In this document: positions 47,601 to 58,046 of the stretch, in pieces
Position numbering within the stretch: position 1 is the first letter of the stretch
Layout: every line of letters begins with the position of its first letter
NCBI GenBank assembly: GCA_002269645.1
Contig: NIVC01000983.1
Location: 62,001-126,000, forward strand
Length of the DNA stretch: 64,000 nucleotides
From: Macrostomum lignano
Taxonomy: Eukaryota
Direction of reading: 5' to 3'
Position numbers and translations under genes: made by a program
The notes under the pieces: model-generated
The model's input: only the letters and a program-made list of their open reading frames with translations
What the model was told of the DNA's origin: nothing
Databases searched by the model: none

Positions 47601-48415
47601 ATAGAGATTTTCGGACGCCCTGGCCGCAGGCTGCTGGGCCATGGCAGCGAGTTCATGCAGATTTTGCAGGACCAATTCAGAAACAGTACATCTTGGTGCT
47701 GGTAGACGCATACACTGGTTACCCAGAGATTTACATCGTTAATGACATGAAGTCGACCACAGTAATAGAGCGTCTCCGTCGAACGTTTTCCCAGTTCGGA
47801 GTACCACAAACTTTGGTTACCGACAACGGGCCGAGCTTTATGAGTTCTGAATTGAACCAGTGGCTCACGGAAATCGACTGCGAGCATCTTACTACGCCAG
47901 CGTATCATCCGCAAAGCAACGGTGCGGCTGAACGGCTGGTAAGAACTGTGAAGGAGACAATAGAAGCAAACGGGTTCAGTCAGAAGACGATTGACCGTTT
48001 TCTTTTGTTTTATCGAGCGTCGGCTGGCAGAAACGGTGTTTCACCTGCAGAGCAAATGTTTGCGAGAAGGATTCGGGTGCCGTTCACTGCTAGGCAGGTC
48101 GGTCTCGAGGAGCAGGTGATTTACAAGAACTTCCGAGATGCTGCGGTTCCGGCAAGAATTGTGCTACCGCTAGGAAGGAGCATGGCGCTCATCAAGACTG
48201 AGGAACAGAAGCCAGTCTACCGGAGGGCTCATCTGGATCAACTGAGGCCATGCACCGACTCTGATCAACAGCCTGGAGGTCAAAGGATCAGACGGCAGAG
48301 CAGTCCAATATCGACCAGCTGCCCAAGTCCGGGGAAGAGGGAGAGCCGGAGGACAAAGAGCATCTCCCACCGAAGGATCAAGGCCAGCCACGGCGCAGCT
48401 ACCGACTGGCGCTAA
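44604..48415 (+). CDS. gag-pol polyprotein with a single 1-nt frameshift near 46548
   Basis: Two Cys/His knuckles, protease LDTGA, RT YIDD, RNase H VDAS, integrase HHCC plus HADFAG/TDNG/E. CGGTTTTGGGC needs one more T for RFLGH. Confidence 0.93.
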
Positions 48416-48643
48416 AGCCACGAGTTGACTATACATGCTGATGTTGGCTTGCATTGTCTACTCACTAACTTGCGCTACCCATTGTAAGGGGGAAGGTGCT
48501 GTGTGTGGGCTCAGGGCCATAGACACCTGGGAACCACCACAGTAAGTTTATTTTATAAAGTAGAGCAGAGCAGAATTTAAAGAAAGCCAAGAGGCCTAGA
48601 AGTCGCTTGGCGTGAGCGCTCTGAAATATATGAGTACAAAACT

Positions 48644-48835
48644 TTCAGGAAAACTTTCAGGAAAACTTTCAGGAAAGGACTGATCCTTTAGTACTTTATA
48701 TCTTTTCAATACCTGATTTTGTCGTCTACACAGTATTTAATAGGTTGAAATAAATTCTGTTCGATAGTGCCTGAAGATGGCTAGTTTTAGCCGAAACGCG
48801 TCGCAAATAATATTGAGTTTTGTCTTACTAAAACT
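48644..48835 (+). mobile_element. 192-bp Penelope-like retroelement 3' fragment nested in the 3' LTR
   Basis: Absent from the 5' LTR; flanked by AAAACT duplication (48638-43, 48830-35); contains a hammerhead motif. Confidence 0.75.
48768..48805 (+). ncRNA. Minimal type I hammerhead ribozyme (Penelope-type); predicted cleavage after GUC at 48802
   Basis: TGC-CTGAAGA-T-GGCTA(GTTT)TAGCC-GAAA-CGCG-TC-GCA: full core, 5-bp stem II, palindromic ACGCGT stem III, 3-bp stem I. Confidence 0.85.
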
Positions 48836-49044
48836 CACTCAATCGTCTGACAACAACCGAATGACTCCGTCTCCTTAATGCATACATAACACAAACAGTT
48901 TAAGCAAATATTCTTTTGTGGTTGGCATGTTCGAGGTCGAGGCCTGAAGTTGGCTATTAGTGGTCCTTGGATCGTCCATGGACTCTCGTAACAAAACTGC
49001 ACGGAATCCAACAGCAGCGGAGTCCATTAGCAGGTCGCTTCTTC

Positions 49045-49084
49045 ATTGGCTACCGCTGCATGCAGCCTCGGAAAACGCTTTATA
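49045..49084 (+). promoter_or_regulatory. Reverse CCAAT box and TATA-like element upstream of copy 3, conserved in copies 1 and 2
   Basis: TTCATTGGCTACCGCTGCATGCAGCC is identical upstream of copies 1-3; TTTATAA at 49078, TTTAAAA at 31702. Confidence 0.5.
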
Positions 49085-49158
49085 AGGGTACGAAACTTGC
49101 GGAAGCGACTCAAACACCGATTCAACTGACTCAAAGTGACTCAAGAGAAACGAACGAT

Positions 49159-50229
49159 ATGCTGACGGATCTGATTTCGCCTCTGCCTCTGCTGCAGCTG
49201 CTGTTTCTGGCTGTCGCTGGTCGAGACGAAGCTACAAACGGCTGTGCAACGCACCACACTCTGCAGCCGCTGCACAGCGACTCCTGCGTCCCGGACGCCG
49301 ATCTGCAGCGTCAGCTGCGGCTGCCCAACGCGCAGCTCATGCCGGGCGCCTCGGACGCAAAGTCCTGCGCGATGGCCTGCGCTTTCCGACCGAGCGCGTG
49401 CGCGGTCGCCCAGTTTCGCTTCGTCGCCCGGCTGTGTCACGTGACTGCGGAGCTGCCGCGACCGGCCAGCGAGGCGGAGGCGGCCGGCACGGCGAGCCGC
49501 GGCGACTGCGTTGCGACGCTGCTGAGACGCGACGCTTCCGGAGCGACCGGCTGGCAGTTCGCCGCTCGGCTGTCGGCCTTCTTCGACTTCCGCATCTCCG
49601 ACCGGAACCTCGGCGTCGTCGGTGTCGGCTCGCCGCTCTCCGCGCCTGCGCAGCTCGTCGGTACCGCCGTGCGAAACGCGTCGGGCGCCGTGCTGCCCGG
49701 TCGGCTTAACTCGTTCGTGAAGATCGGCGTGGCGCCGCCGGGCTTTCAGGCCTTTGCTTCGTCCTCGAAGGAGTTCACATTCTTCTTTAGCCTATCGGGC
49801 ATGCCGAGTGTCCCGACTGCAAATCTCCATCTTCTGCGAATCGTGAATTCCAACAACCCCACTGGACCATTCTGCTCATTCATGTTCTTCACTAGCGGCA
49901 GCAAGCTGAAGTTCACTAACTTTTTCTCCGAAACGATCGGCTACGAGACCGTCAACTCGATGCCGCTCGTTGTGCAGCAGAAGTTTTTTGTGGGTGCCAT
50001 CTATAGCAATGCTACGGCTGCCTCCACTGCTCTCTTCAATGGCACGACTTACTCTGTCACGCAGTATAACAGCTACACTCTCAGTGCCGATACTGTCTTC
50101 GACGAGATCCGGCTTGGATCGGAAGGAACAGGTGATATATACTCTTTTAAGGGAACGATAATCTGCTTCGCCATGGCTCCAGTGGCCCTGTCGCCTGAAG
50201 AATCCCGGGCCCTCGGCTCCATCTGCTAA
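49159..50229 (+). CDS. PAN/Apple + LamG/concanavalin-A-like secreted protein, copy 3 (intact, 356 aa, intronless)
   Basis: Signal peptide; SCAMACAFRPSAC...LCHV; C-terminal DEIRLG...FKGTIICFAM...ALSPEE resembles the LamG_3 ending. Domain names come from motif recall, not a search. Confidence 0.85.
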   Translation: MLTDLISPLPLLQLLFLAVAGRDEATNGCATHHTLQPLHSDSCVPDADLQRQLRLPNAQLMPGASDAKSCAMACAFRPSACAVAQFRFVARLCHVTAELPRPASEAEAAGTASRGDCVATLLRRDASGATGWQFAARLSAFFDFRISDRNLGVVGVGSPLSAPAQLVGTAVRNASGAVLPGRLNSFVKIGVAPPGFQAFASSSKEFTFFFSLSGMPSVPTANLHLLRIVNSNNPTGPFCSFMFFTSGSKLKFTNFFSETIGYETVNSMPLVVQQKFFVGAIYSNATAASTALFNGTTYSVTQYNSYTLSADTVFDEIRLGSEGTGDIYSFKGTIICFAMAPVALSPEESRALGSIC

Positions 50230-52703
50230 ACTCGATTTTTAGACGTTAATTTGCTACGGGCAAACAATCTTACGGAATGAACAGAAAAAAACTCGGGATA
50301 TCTTTCATGACGTGATTTTTAAATATTCGTGACTACAACCCTGAGCGTTTTTATTGCTTAATTATGGCTGTGTCTTTTGATGCTGTTTATCCTTTCTTCT
50401 TGTGTTAAAACAGTTTCCTTTTGTGTTTTCTTCTTGTTAAAATTTTTTGTTGTTTAATGAAATTTTTTCAGTTAAAAATAGGTTTTTGGGTAAATAAATA
50501 GTTCCCATTGCTGTCTTTTGTTTAAGTTTTTGTTACTGTTTATCTTACGTTTTCTTTTCGTTAAAGCAAGTCGTAGCTGTTGCTGCTTTTCTGTAAAACC
50601 AAAATTTGTTGCTGCTATTGGAAAAACATTGCCGATGTTGTTATCTTTTTTCTCGTCTTTTATTCTTGTTGACACTTGTAGGAAACGAACAATTTAATAT
50701 TTTTTCTTATAATTTTTAATAACGCATTAACTCCGCATCTTGTTTTATCTGGTTTTTAGAGAATATCAGCTAACGCTAATTTCAGACTCTGCTTCACACC
50801 TTTTTATTCGTGGAAAACGCATTCTGAACTTTATCATTAATAAGAACTTAAAGAAGCTGACTTTTTATGGCAGACTTCAGAGGCTCTTCGTACGATAGTC
50901 TCGGAAGGGGGAATTTTTATAGATTAAAAATATAGACACTCTCCTTCAATTCAATTTTTTTAAAGAAACTGGGGAACTTTTGGCATTCAAAAAGCTTTTA
51001 TTTCGACAAGCGGCTTCAAGTATTAATCTTACATTTTGTTTTAAAGAATAAATTTACATTAAAGTAAACAAGGAACAACTGTAAAAATTGCCACTACATT
51101 ATTATCGTAAAAGTTGTCTTTCAAGAATTTTAATAATGGATTTTAAAAAAATTAAATAAACTAAATTTATAAGTGCAATTTAATGAACTTAAACTTTAGC
51201 TAAATCTCAACTAAATCAACAAAATCATTAAATGTACTAATAATTTTAAATTAAAATTAAAATCTAAAATGTACAATGAAATCATTTAAAATTTTACATT
51301 TACACAGCATACTTGCATACTGCCTAGCCTAGTGCTTTCCTCACGCAACTGCATAGTTGAGTGGAAACTTCCCAAAAAGTGGATGCAAGTTGCAACACAA
51401 AACATTTTCTTCCTCTTTCTCTCTCCCATTTACAAGCTTAAAGAAGATGCAGTTTTTGTTTGTTATTACATAGGAAAGCCTAGCCCGGCTTAAAACCAGC
51501 CAATTAAGTATAGCCAAAGTATAGTATAGTATAGTGTATTTTGGTAAGCTTGCAGTAAGCGGGTAGAGCAGCTCAGAGGTAAGCGAGTCTGAATCTTGCG
51601 CTATAGCTAACACGCGACCTCCGGATTAAGTTTGTGCGCGGCCACCTTGATTTGGGACTTGCAGTGTGCACGAAAATTGGCCAAGGGGTTGTCAGATTCA
51701 CACCCATGGGTATGCTCTCGAGAAATCAGATTGTTTCGACCGAATCTGTCTATGGCAATGCGTGGAGCATACTGTGCGTTCGAAGGTACATCCTTGAAAG
51801 TACTACTACCTAGTCTGTATAAGTAGCTGTTCTCAGCAAATACCCTGATCTTTATTGTCTAACTGTACAGTCACTCTTTCCTCAAAGCCCCACCCACCTG
51901 CTTAGTTGCTAAGGGAAACTCTGTATTATTTAGGAAGCATCTCTTCTAAAATTTCAAAAACTCTTCCAGCGTCTCTCAAGCAGGCAGCACGGAGTCTTCC
52001 GCATTTGGGACTTTTCAACGATTCTCCCAGCCATGCATTCATGAAAACACAATTGAGTGAGCTTCTCACAGACAATGAGTTGTATGGTTGAAAAATTTTC
52101 CTGTTTCTTTTTGAGAATTTCTACGCAGGACTTGTTCCAACACTTTCTGGGAAATTGTATGGTATTTCAGCTGTCAAAATAAATGATAAGCATATCTTGC
52201 TACTATCAGTACTCCTATGGAACATTCGGTGAGGCATAAAATATAAAGCGAGAAAATTAGCTCAAAGAGTTGTAGAATTAAAGTCGGGAAAACCAAGCAT
52301 CACCTGCATGCAGTGCTCGCAAAAAATCTATAAAAGATTTCACAACCAACAGAACCCTTTTGTCTATGGCAAAATCCCATCTGCTAGAAAGCTAGTAGAA
52401 AATCAATAAGAACAAACCGTCTAAAAACATATGCCATGCTCTATGGTCAAAATGTTTTGATATACTTGACCAGCTTGGCTTAGAGTAAGAAGTAAAAAAA
52501 GACGAGCTCCCATTAAAAAAACATGTTTTGACATCAACGACCAGCCTATATTCAATGAATGATTAAGTTGCTTTTGAAACAACTGATTGTTCTGACTATG
52601 GATTTGAGGGCAGGAATGAGCGAATCCGAGGGCTGCGTCAGGCTGAGCCGTGGCCAAATTGGTTGCAGTTTTTATCAAATAGAACGTAATAAGGTATAGA
52701 ACC

Positions 52704-53340
52704 ATGGAAGACGACTTAGATCTAGTGCTACGATATTTTGAAAGTAAAGAATCCGCTGCAACGAATCCTGCTGCTGGTAGTGATCGATTCGCTACGCTCT
52801 CGACTGACGAAATACAAGGGAAGCTGGACGCTGCTATCCCACCAAATACGCGAAGGAAGGAACTATGGGCTCTAAGAATTTTTGACCAGTGGTTTGAGCA
52901 GCGACACAATCGAATTCTACATGGTGATACAACTGGCCTTCTCGTGTTGAAGGAGCGTCATGAATGGAACGCTTGCGATTGGAACTATCTACGAGTATTA
53001 AAGATGTTCATTCTCGAGGTGCGAAAAGTCGATGGCACTAAATACAATGCTACGACCCTTAGGGACATATTTTCCATGATTCCAAGACTTGCGCAAGTAC
53101 TCTACACCGTGCTGGCTTTGCTAGAGAGGACATCGCTCGTGTTACAGGACACTCTTCGACAGCTATTGAGCGCTATATTCAGTTTGACGTACAAGACCAT
53201 GTTAAAGTATCGCATGCTCTTCAATCTGGTGGTCAGTCATCAAGTCTGTCTATTGACACCGAGCCTGAACGCTCTGTTGAAGCTATGGAACAAAGTAACG
53301 TAGTGACTGCTAATCCTGCAAAGAAAATGAGGCTTAACAT
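52704..53340 (+). mobile_element. Internally deleted Crypton-like (DUF3504-type) tyrosine recombinase
   Basis: RFATLS.DE...AIPPNTRRKELWALRIF..W...L..FILEVRKVDGTKY; then in another frame KTCASTLHRAGFAREDIARVTGHSSTAIERY...NINGNTNTVEIVFE*. Confidence 0.8.
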
Positions 53341-53835
53341 CAATGGTAACACCAACACCGTTGAAATCGTTTTTGAGTGAGTGCTTACAAGACGCTTCTA
53401 AATCTTACTATTTGAACTTCCTGTTGTTGGTTTACATTTGTTAAATACAACTGTTTATAGCAGGACTGAGAACTATTTCTCAGGCCTCGTTTGGGGACTG
53501 AGAAATGGTTCTCAGTCCTCCTACAACCGATAAATTACCATAGAAGTTGTTGTTCCTCGGGAAAAGGATGAGACTGCGAAAGAGGCGAGAAATGCACTTT
53601 CTGTAGGTTAATCTGCCGTCTTGCCCGCGAAATCGTGAGACAACTCTGTTTCTACGAGCATTAAATTTCTAAGCAGTTTTTTTCGCTTTCATGCAAACGA
53701 GACTTTGCCATAGACAAAAAACAGACTTTGGATTGAATAGGTTTTGCTGTTTCTGAAAGGAGTGCTTGTTTTTTATTGATTTTTTTGCAAGCACTGCCAG
53801 AATTTTCAAAATTGATTTTCCGCTAGATTTTTGGA

Positions 53836-54058
53836 ACCAGGGGCGCCAGCACCAGGGGCGCCAGCACCAGGGGCGCCAGCACCAGGGGCGCCAGCACCAG
53901 GGGCGCCAGCACCACGGGCGCCAGCACCAGGGGCGCCAGCACCAGGGGCGCCAGCACCAGGGGCGCCAGCACCAGGGGCGCCAGCACCAGGGCGCCAGCA
54001 CCAGGGGCGCCAGCACCAGGGGCGCCAGCACCAGGGCGCCAGCACCAGGGGCGCCAGC
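53836..54058. repeat. 15-bp GGCGCC-core minisatellite
   Basis: Unit GGGGCGCCAGCACCA. Confidence 0.95.
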
Positions 54059-54560
54059 CATCATTTGGTCACGTATTACTTCATTTGAGTGGTTGCCAAA
54101 GCTACCGCATGGGAGCGTCATGTGCTTTTACTAAGCCGATGGAGGGATGGCCATGGCTACCTTCCCACTCCCCTGGCTACGCCCCAGATATAGAGTTCGT
54201 AGCTACTGGTATGCGAGGGCACACTACAATGGCTGATCGTATTGGGCGAAATAAAGTTTCAATCGTTAAAAAAGATTGAGAGAAGCATTAGCCACAAAAC
54301 AAATGCATTATTAACAAATCTATAACAAAATTCGATTATAAATAATCCAAGAAATAACTAATATATTTTCATGATCAGTACATTATCTTGTGACCTTCGT
54401 CACACTTAGAAGCAATTGATAATAATGTGTTACAGGAAAATGTTAAATTTTACCACGGCTTCCCCAAGCAAGTGCAAAAACAAAGCTTTACTTGTGTCAC
54501 ACAAATTTGCACAATTTCAATGTCAGATCAAACTGCCCAGTGCTCGTCAGCATTGTCAGA

Positions 54561-57500
54561 TCAAACTGCCCAGTGCCCGTCAGCATTATAGGAGAAGTTC
54601 TGCTTGGCTGGCACCTCAGGCTGGTAGTGCGCCGGCCCCGGCAACGACGTGGCGTCGCCCACAGTCCGGCCGGCCCAACGCGACGTGTTGCTAAGGAACA
54701 TGGAGCTGCTCATGTAGTGCTTGGACACTGGCCTGGGCGCCAGCTCGTACTGGCCCGGCCCCGGCAGCGGCGCCTGCGGCGGCAGCGGCAGCGCGGGAGC
54801 GGAGAGGCACAGGTAGTGCTGCATGGGGAACTGGAAGCCGCCCCGCTTGGCCTGCCTGTCCGGCTCGTGATCGTACGCACCGGGCCCCGGATTGTCCGTC
54901 GGCTTCGGGCCCGGACGGCGCGGCCCGGACGGACGGAAGCAGGAGACCGGGGCGCGGGAGGCTTCGCCGACCAGACGGTCGGCGCGGGTCACGTCGTAGG
55001 CTCCGGGGCCGGGTCGGCGGGCGGCGTCGCCGTGGCCGATGGGCTCGCGACCGGATGAGGATCTGCGGGCAGTGGGGTCCACTCTCTCTAATGTCTACTG
55101 TGTCCACTGTCTCAATGTCTACTGTGTCCACTCTCTCAATGTCTACTGTGTCCACTCTCTCAATGTCTACTGTGTCCACTCTCTCAATGTCTACTGTGTC
55201 CACTCTCTCAATGTCTACTGTGTCCACTCTCTCAATGTCTACTGTGTCCACTCTCTCAATGTCTACTGTGTCCACTCTCTCAATGTCTACTGTGTCCACT
55301 CTCTCAATGTCTACTGTGTCCACTCTCTCAATGTCTACTGTGTCCACTGTCTCTTATGTCTACTGTGTCCACTCTCTCAATGTCTACTGTGTCCACTCTC
55401 TCAATGTCTACTGTGTCCACTCTCTCAGTGTCTACTGTGTCCACTCTCTCAATGTCTACTGTGTCCACTCTCTCAATGTCTACTGTGTCCACTCTCTCAA
55501 TGTCTACTGTGTCCACTCTCTCAATGTCTACTGTGTCCACTCTCTCAATGTCTACTGTGTCCACTCTCTCTAATGTCTACTGTGTTCACTCTCTCAATGT
55601 CTACTGTGTCCACTCTCTCAATGTCTACTGTGTTCACTCTCTCAATGTCTACTGTGTCCACTCTCTCAATGTCTACTGTGTCCACTCTCTCAATGTCTAC
55701 TGTGTCCACTCTCTCAATGTCTACTGTGTCCACTCTCTCAATGTCTACTGTGTCCACTCTCTCAATGTCTACTGTGTCCACTGTCTCTTATGTCTACTGT
55801 GTCCACTCTCTCAATGTCTACTGTGTCCACTCTCTCAATGTCTACTGTGTCCACTCTCTCAGTGTCTACTGTGTCCACTCTCTCAATGTCTACTGTGTCC
55901 ACTCTCTCAATGTCTACTGTGTCCACTCTCTCAATGTCTACTGTGTCCACTCTCTCAATGTCTACTGTGTCCACTCTCTCAATGTCTACTGTGTCCACTC
56001 TCTCAATGTCTACTGTGTCCACTCTCTCAATGTCTACTGTGTCCACTCTCTCAATGTCTACTGTGTCCACTGTCTCTTATGTCTACTGTGTCCACTCTCT
56101 CAATGTCTACTGTGTCCACTCTCTCAATGTCTACTGTGTCCACTCTCTCAGTGTCTACTGTGTCCACTCTCTCAATGTCTACTGTGTCCACTCTCTCAAT
56201 GTCTACTGTGTCCACTCTCTCAATGTCTACTGTGTCCACTCTCTCAATGTCTACTGTGTCCACTCTCTCAATGTCTACTGTGTCCACTCTCTCTAATGTC
56301 TACTGTGTTCACTCTCTCAATGTCTACTGTGTCCACTCTCTCAATGTCTACTGTGTCCACTCTCTCAATGTCTACTGTGTCCACTCTCTCAATGTCTACT
56401 GTGTCCACTCTCTCAATGTCTACTGTGTCCACTCTCTCAATGTCTACTGTGTCCACTCTCTCAATGTCTACTGTGTCCACTCTCTCAATGTCTACTGTGT
56501 CCACTCTCTCAATGTCTACTGTGTCCACTGTCTCTTATGTCTACTGTGTCCACTCTCTCAATGTCTACTGTGTCCACTCTCTCAATGTCTACTGTGTCCA
56601 CTCTCTCAATGTCTACTGTGTCCACTCTCTCAATGTCTACTGTGTCCACTCTCTCAATGTCTACTGTGTCCACTCTCTCAGTGTCTACTGTGTCCACTCT
56701 CTCAATGTCTACTGTGTCCACTCTCTCAATGTCTACTGTGTCCACTCTCTCAATGTCTACTGTGTCCACTCTCTCAATGTCTACTGTGTCCACTCTCTCA
56801 ATGTCTACTGTGTCCACTCTCTCTAATGTCTACTGTGTTCACTCTCTCAATGTCTACTGTGTCCACTCTCTCAATGTCTACTGTGTCCACTCTCTCTAAT
56901 GTCTACTGTGTTCACTCTCTCAATGTCTACTGTGTCCACTCTCTCAATGTCTACTGTGTCCACTGTCTCTAATGTCTACTGTGTCCACTCTCTCTTGTGT
57001 CTACTGTGTTCACTCTCTCAATGTCTACTGTGTCCACTCTCTCAATGTCTACTGTGTCCACTGTCTCTAATGTCTACTGTGTCCACTCTCTCTTGTGTCT
57101 ACTGTGTCCACTCCCTCTAATGTCTACTGTGTTCACTCTCTCAATGTCTACTGTGTCCACTGTCTCTAATGTCTACTGTGTCCACTCTTTCTTGTGTCTA
57201 CTGTGTCCACTCCCTCTAATGTCTACTGTGTTCACTCTCTCAATGTCTACTGTGTCCACTCTCTCAATGTCTACTGTGTCCACTGTCTCTAATGTCTACT
57301 GTGTCCACTATCTCTTGTGTCTACTGTGTCCACTCCCTCTAATGTCTACTGTGTCCACTCTCTCTTATGTCTTCTGTGTCCACTCCCTCTAATGTCTACT
57401 GTGTCCACTCTCTTTAGCACAATATTTATTGAAAATTTAATTTCAATCCAATCTGAACTAACTTGAACACGCTAGCCAGGTCGCGAGTTCGATTCTCCCT

Positions 57501-58046
57501 GAGCCGAGCCAGAGCGTTGAGCGTATTGTACCGGTTTGGCCCCGGACCGTCCGAGGCAGCTCCAGCCGGTCGGGGCACCGCGATCGGCGGGTGGAAGCTG
57601 CTGGTTGCGCTGGCCTGATTGAAGTCGGCCCTGCTGCCGACTCTGCCGGTGTCGCCGATGTTGTAGCCAGCGGGCCCGGGACCGACTGGGACGCCGCCGC
57701 CGCCTCCGTCGGTCAGTCGGACGGTTTTGCTGGCGAGGCCGCCCGTGCCGCGTTTGCCGTAGGACGGCGAATCTGTTGCAACCGAGGAGCCGCCGCTGCC
57801 CAGAGCGTAATAATTTGGCGCCGGAGTCACGTGACGGGACAGGTCGTAGTTAAACCGCTTAGCGGTGGACATGAAACCTTTGCTGTCGGCCGTGTCAATC
57901 ACGACCGTCTGGTACTTGCTGGGGATTGAAGAGTTCGGCTTGGCGGCCGAGTAGCCTTTTCGGACACGGTTCTGATTGCCGTTTGGGTTGCCATGGATAC
58001 GCTTGACAACTGAGTCATTGTGTAAGATTTGTACACTGTCGGACAT
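54561..58046 (-). CDS. STPG1: STPG1 / O(6)-methylguanine-induced apoptosis 2-like PGP-repeat protein; exons 58046-57463 and 55062-54561 (361 aa)
   Basis: KGYSAAKPNSSIPSKYQ...KGFMSTAKRF, TPAPNYY, several PGPGxY motifs, PLPGPGQYE...SSSMFLSNTSRW...LPGPAHYQPE..KQNFSYN match my recollection of vertebrate STPG1; phase-2 GT/AG junction closes the frame. Confidence 0.88.
55089..57410. repeat. 2.3-kb 24-bp minisatellite filling the STPG1 intron
   Basis: Unit AATGTCTACTGTGTCCACTCTCTC, about 97 copies, degenerating toward 57410. Confidence 0.97.

Larger units (their letters stand above)
44361..48891 (+). mobile_element. Full-length young Ty3/Gypsy LTR retrotransposon (Mag-like)
   Basis: TG...CA LTRs at 44361-44563 and 48497-48891; TSD CAAAC (44356-60, 48892-96); PBS-like TGGCG at 44565; PPT AAGGGGGAAGG at 48486-96. 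Confidence 0.97.
48497..48891 (+). repeat. 3' LTR (395 bp including 192-bp insertion)
   Basis: Matches the 5' LTR either side of 48644-48835. Confidence 0.95.

Noticed and set aside
50230-51340. AT-rich islands (also 58160-59800) as viral or foreign DNA
   Set aside because: No sustained ORF or recognisable motif; similar composition occurs in other intergenic parts of the window.
55039-57392. Long ORFs (up to 595 aa) of NVYCVHSL/MSTVSTLS repeats
   Set aside because: Translations of a stop-free 24-bp minisatellite inside the STPG1 intron.
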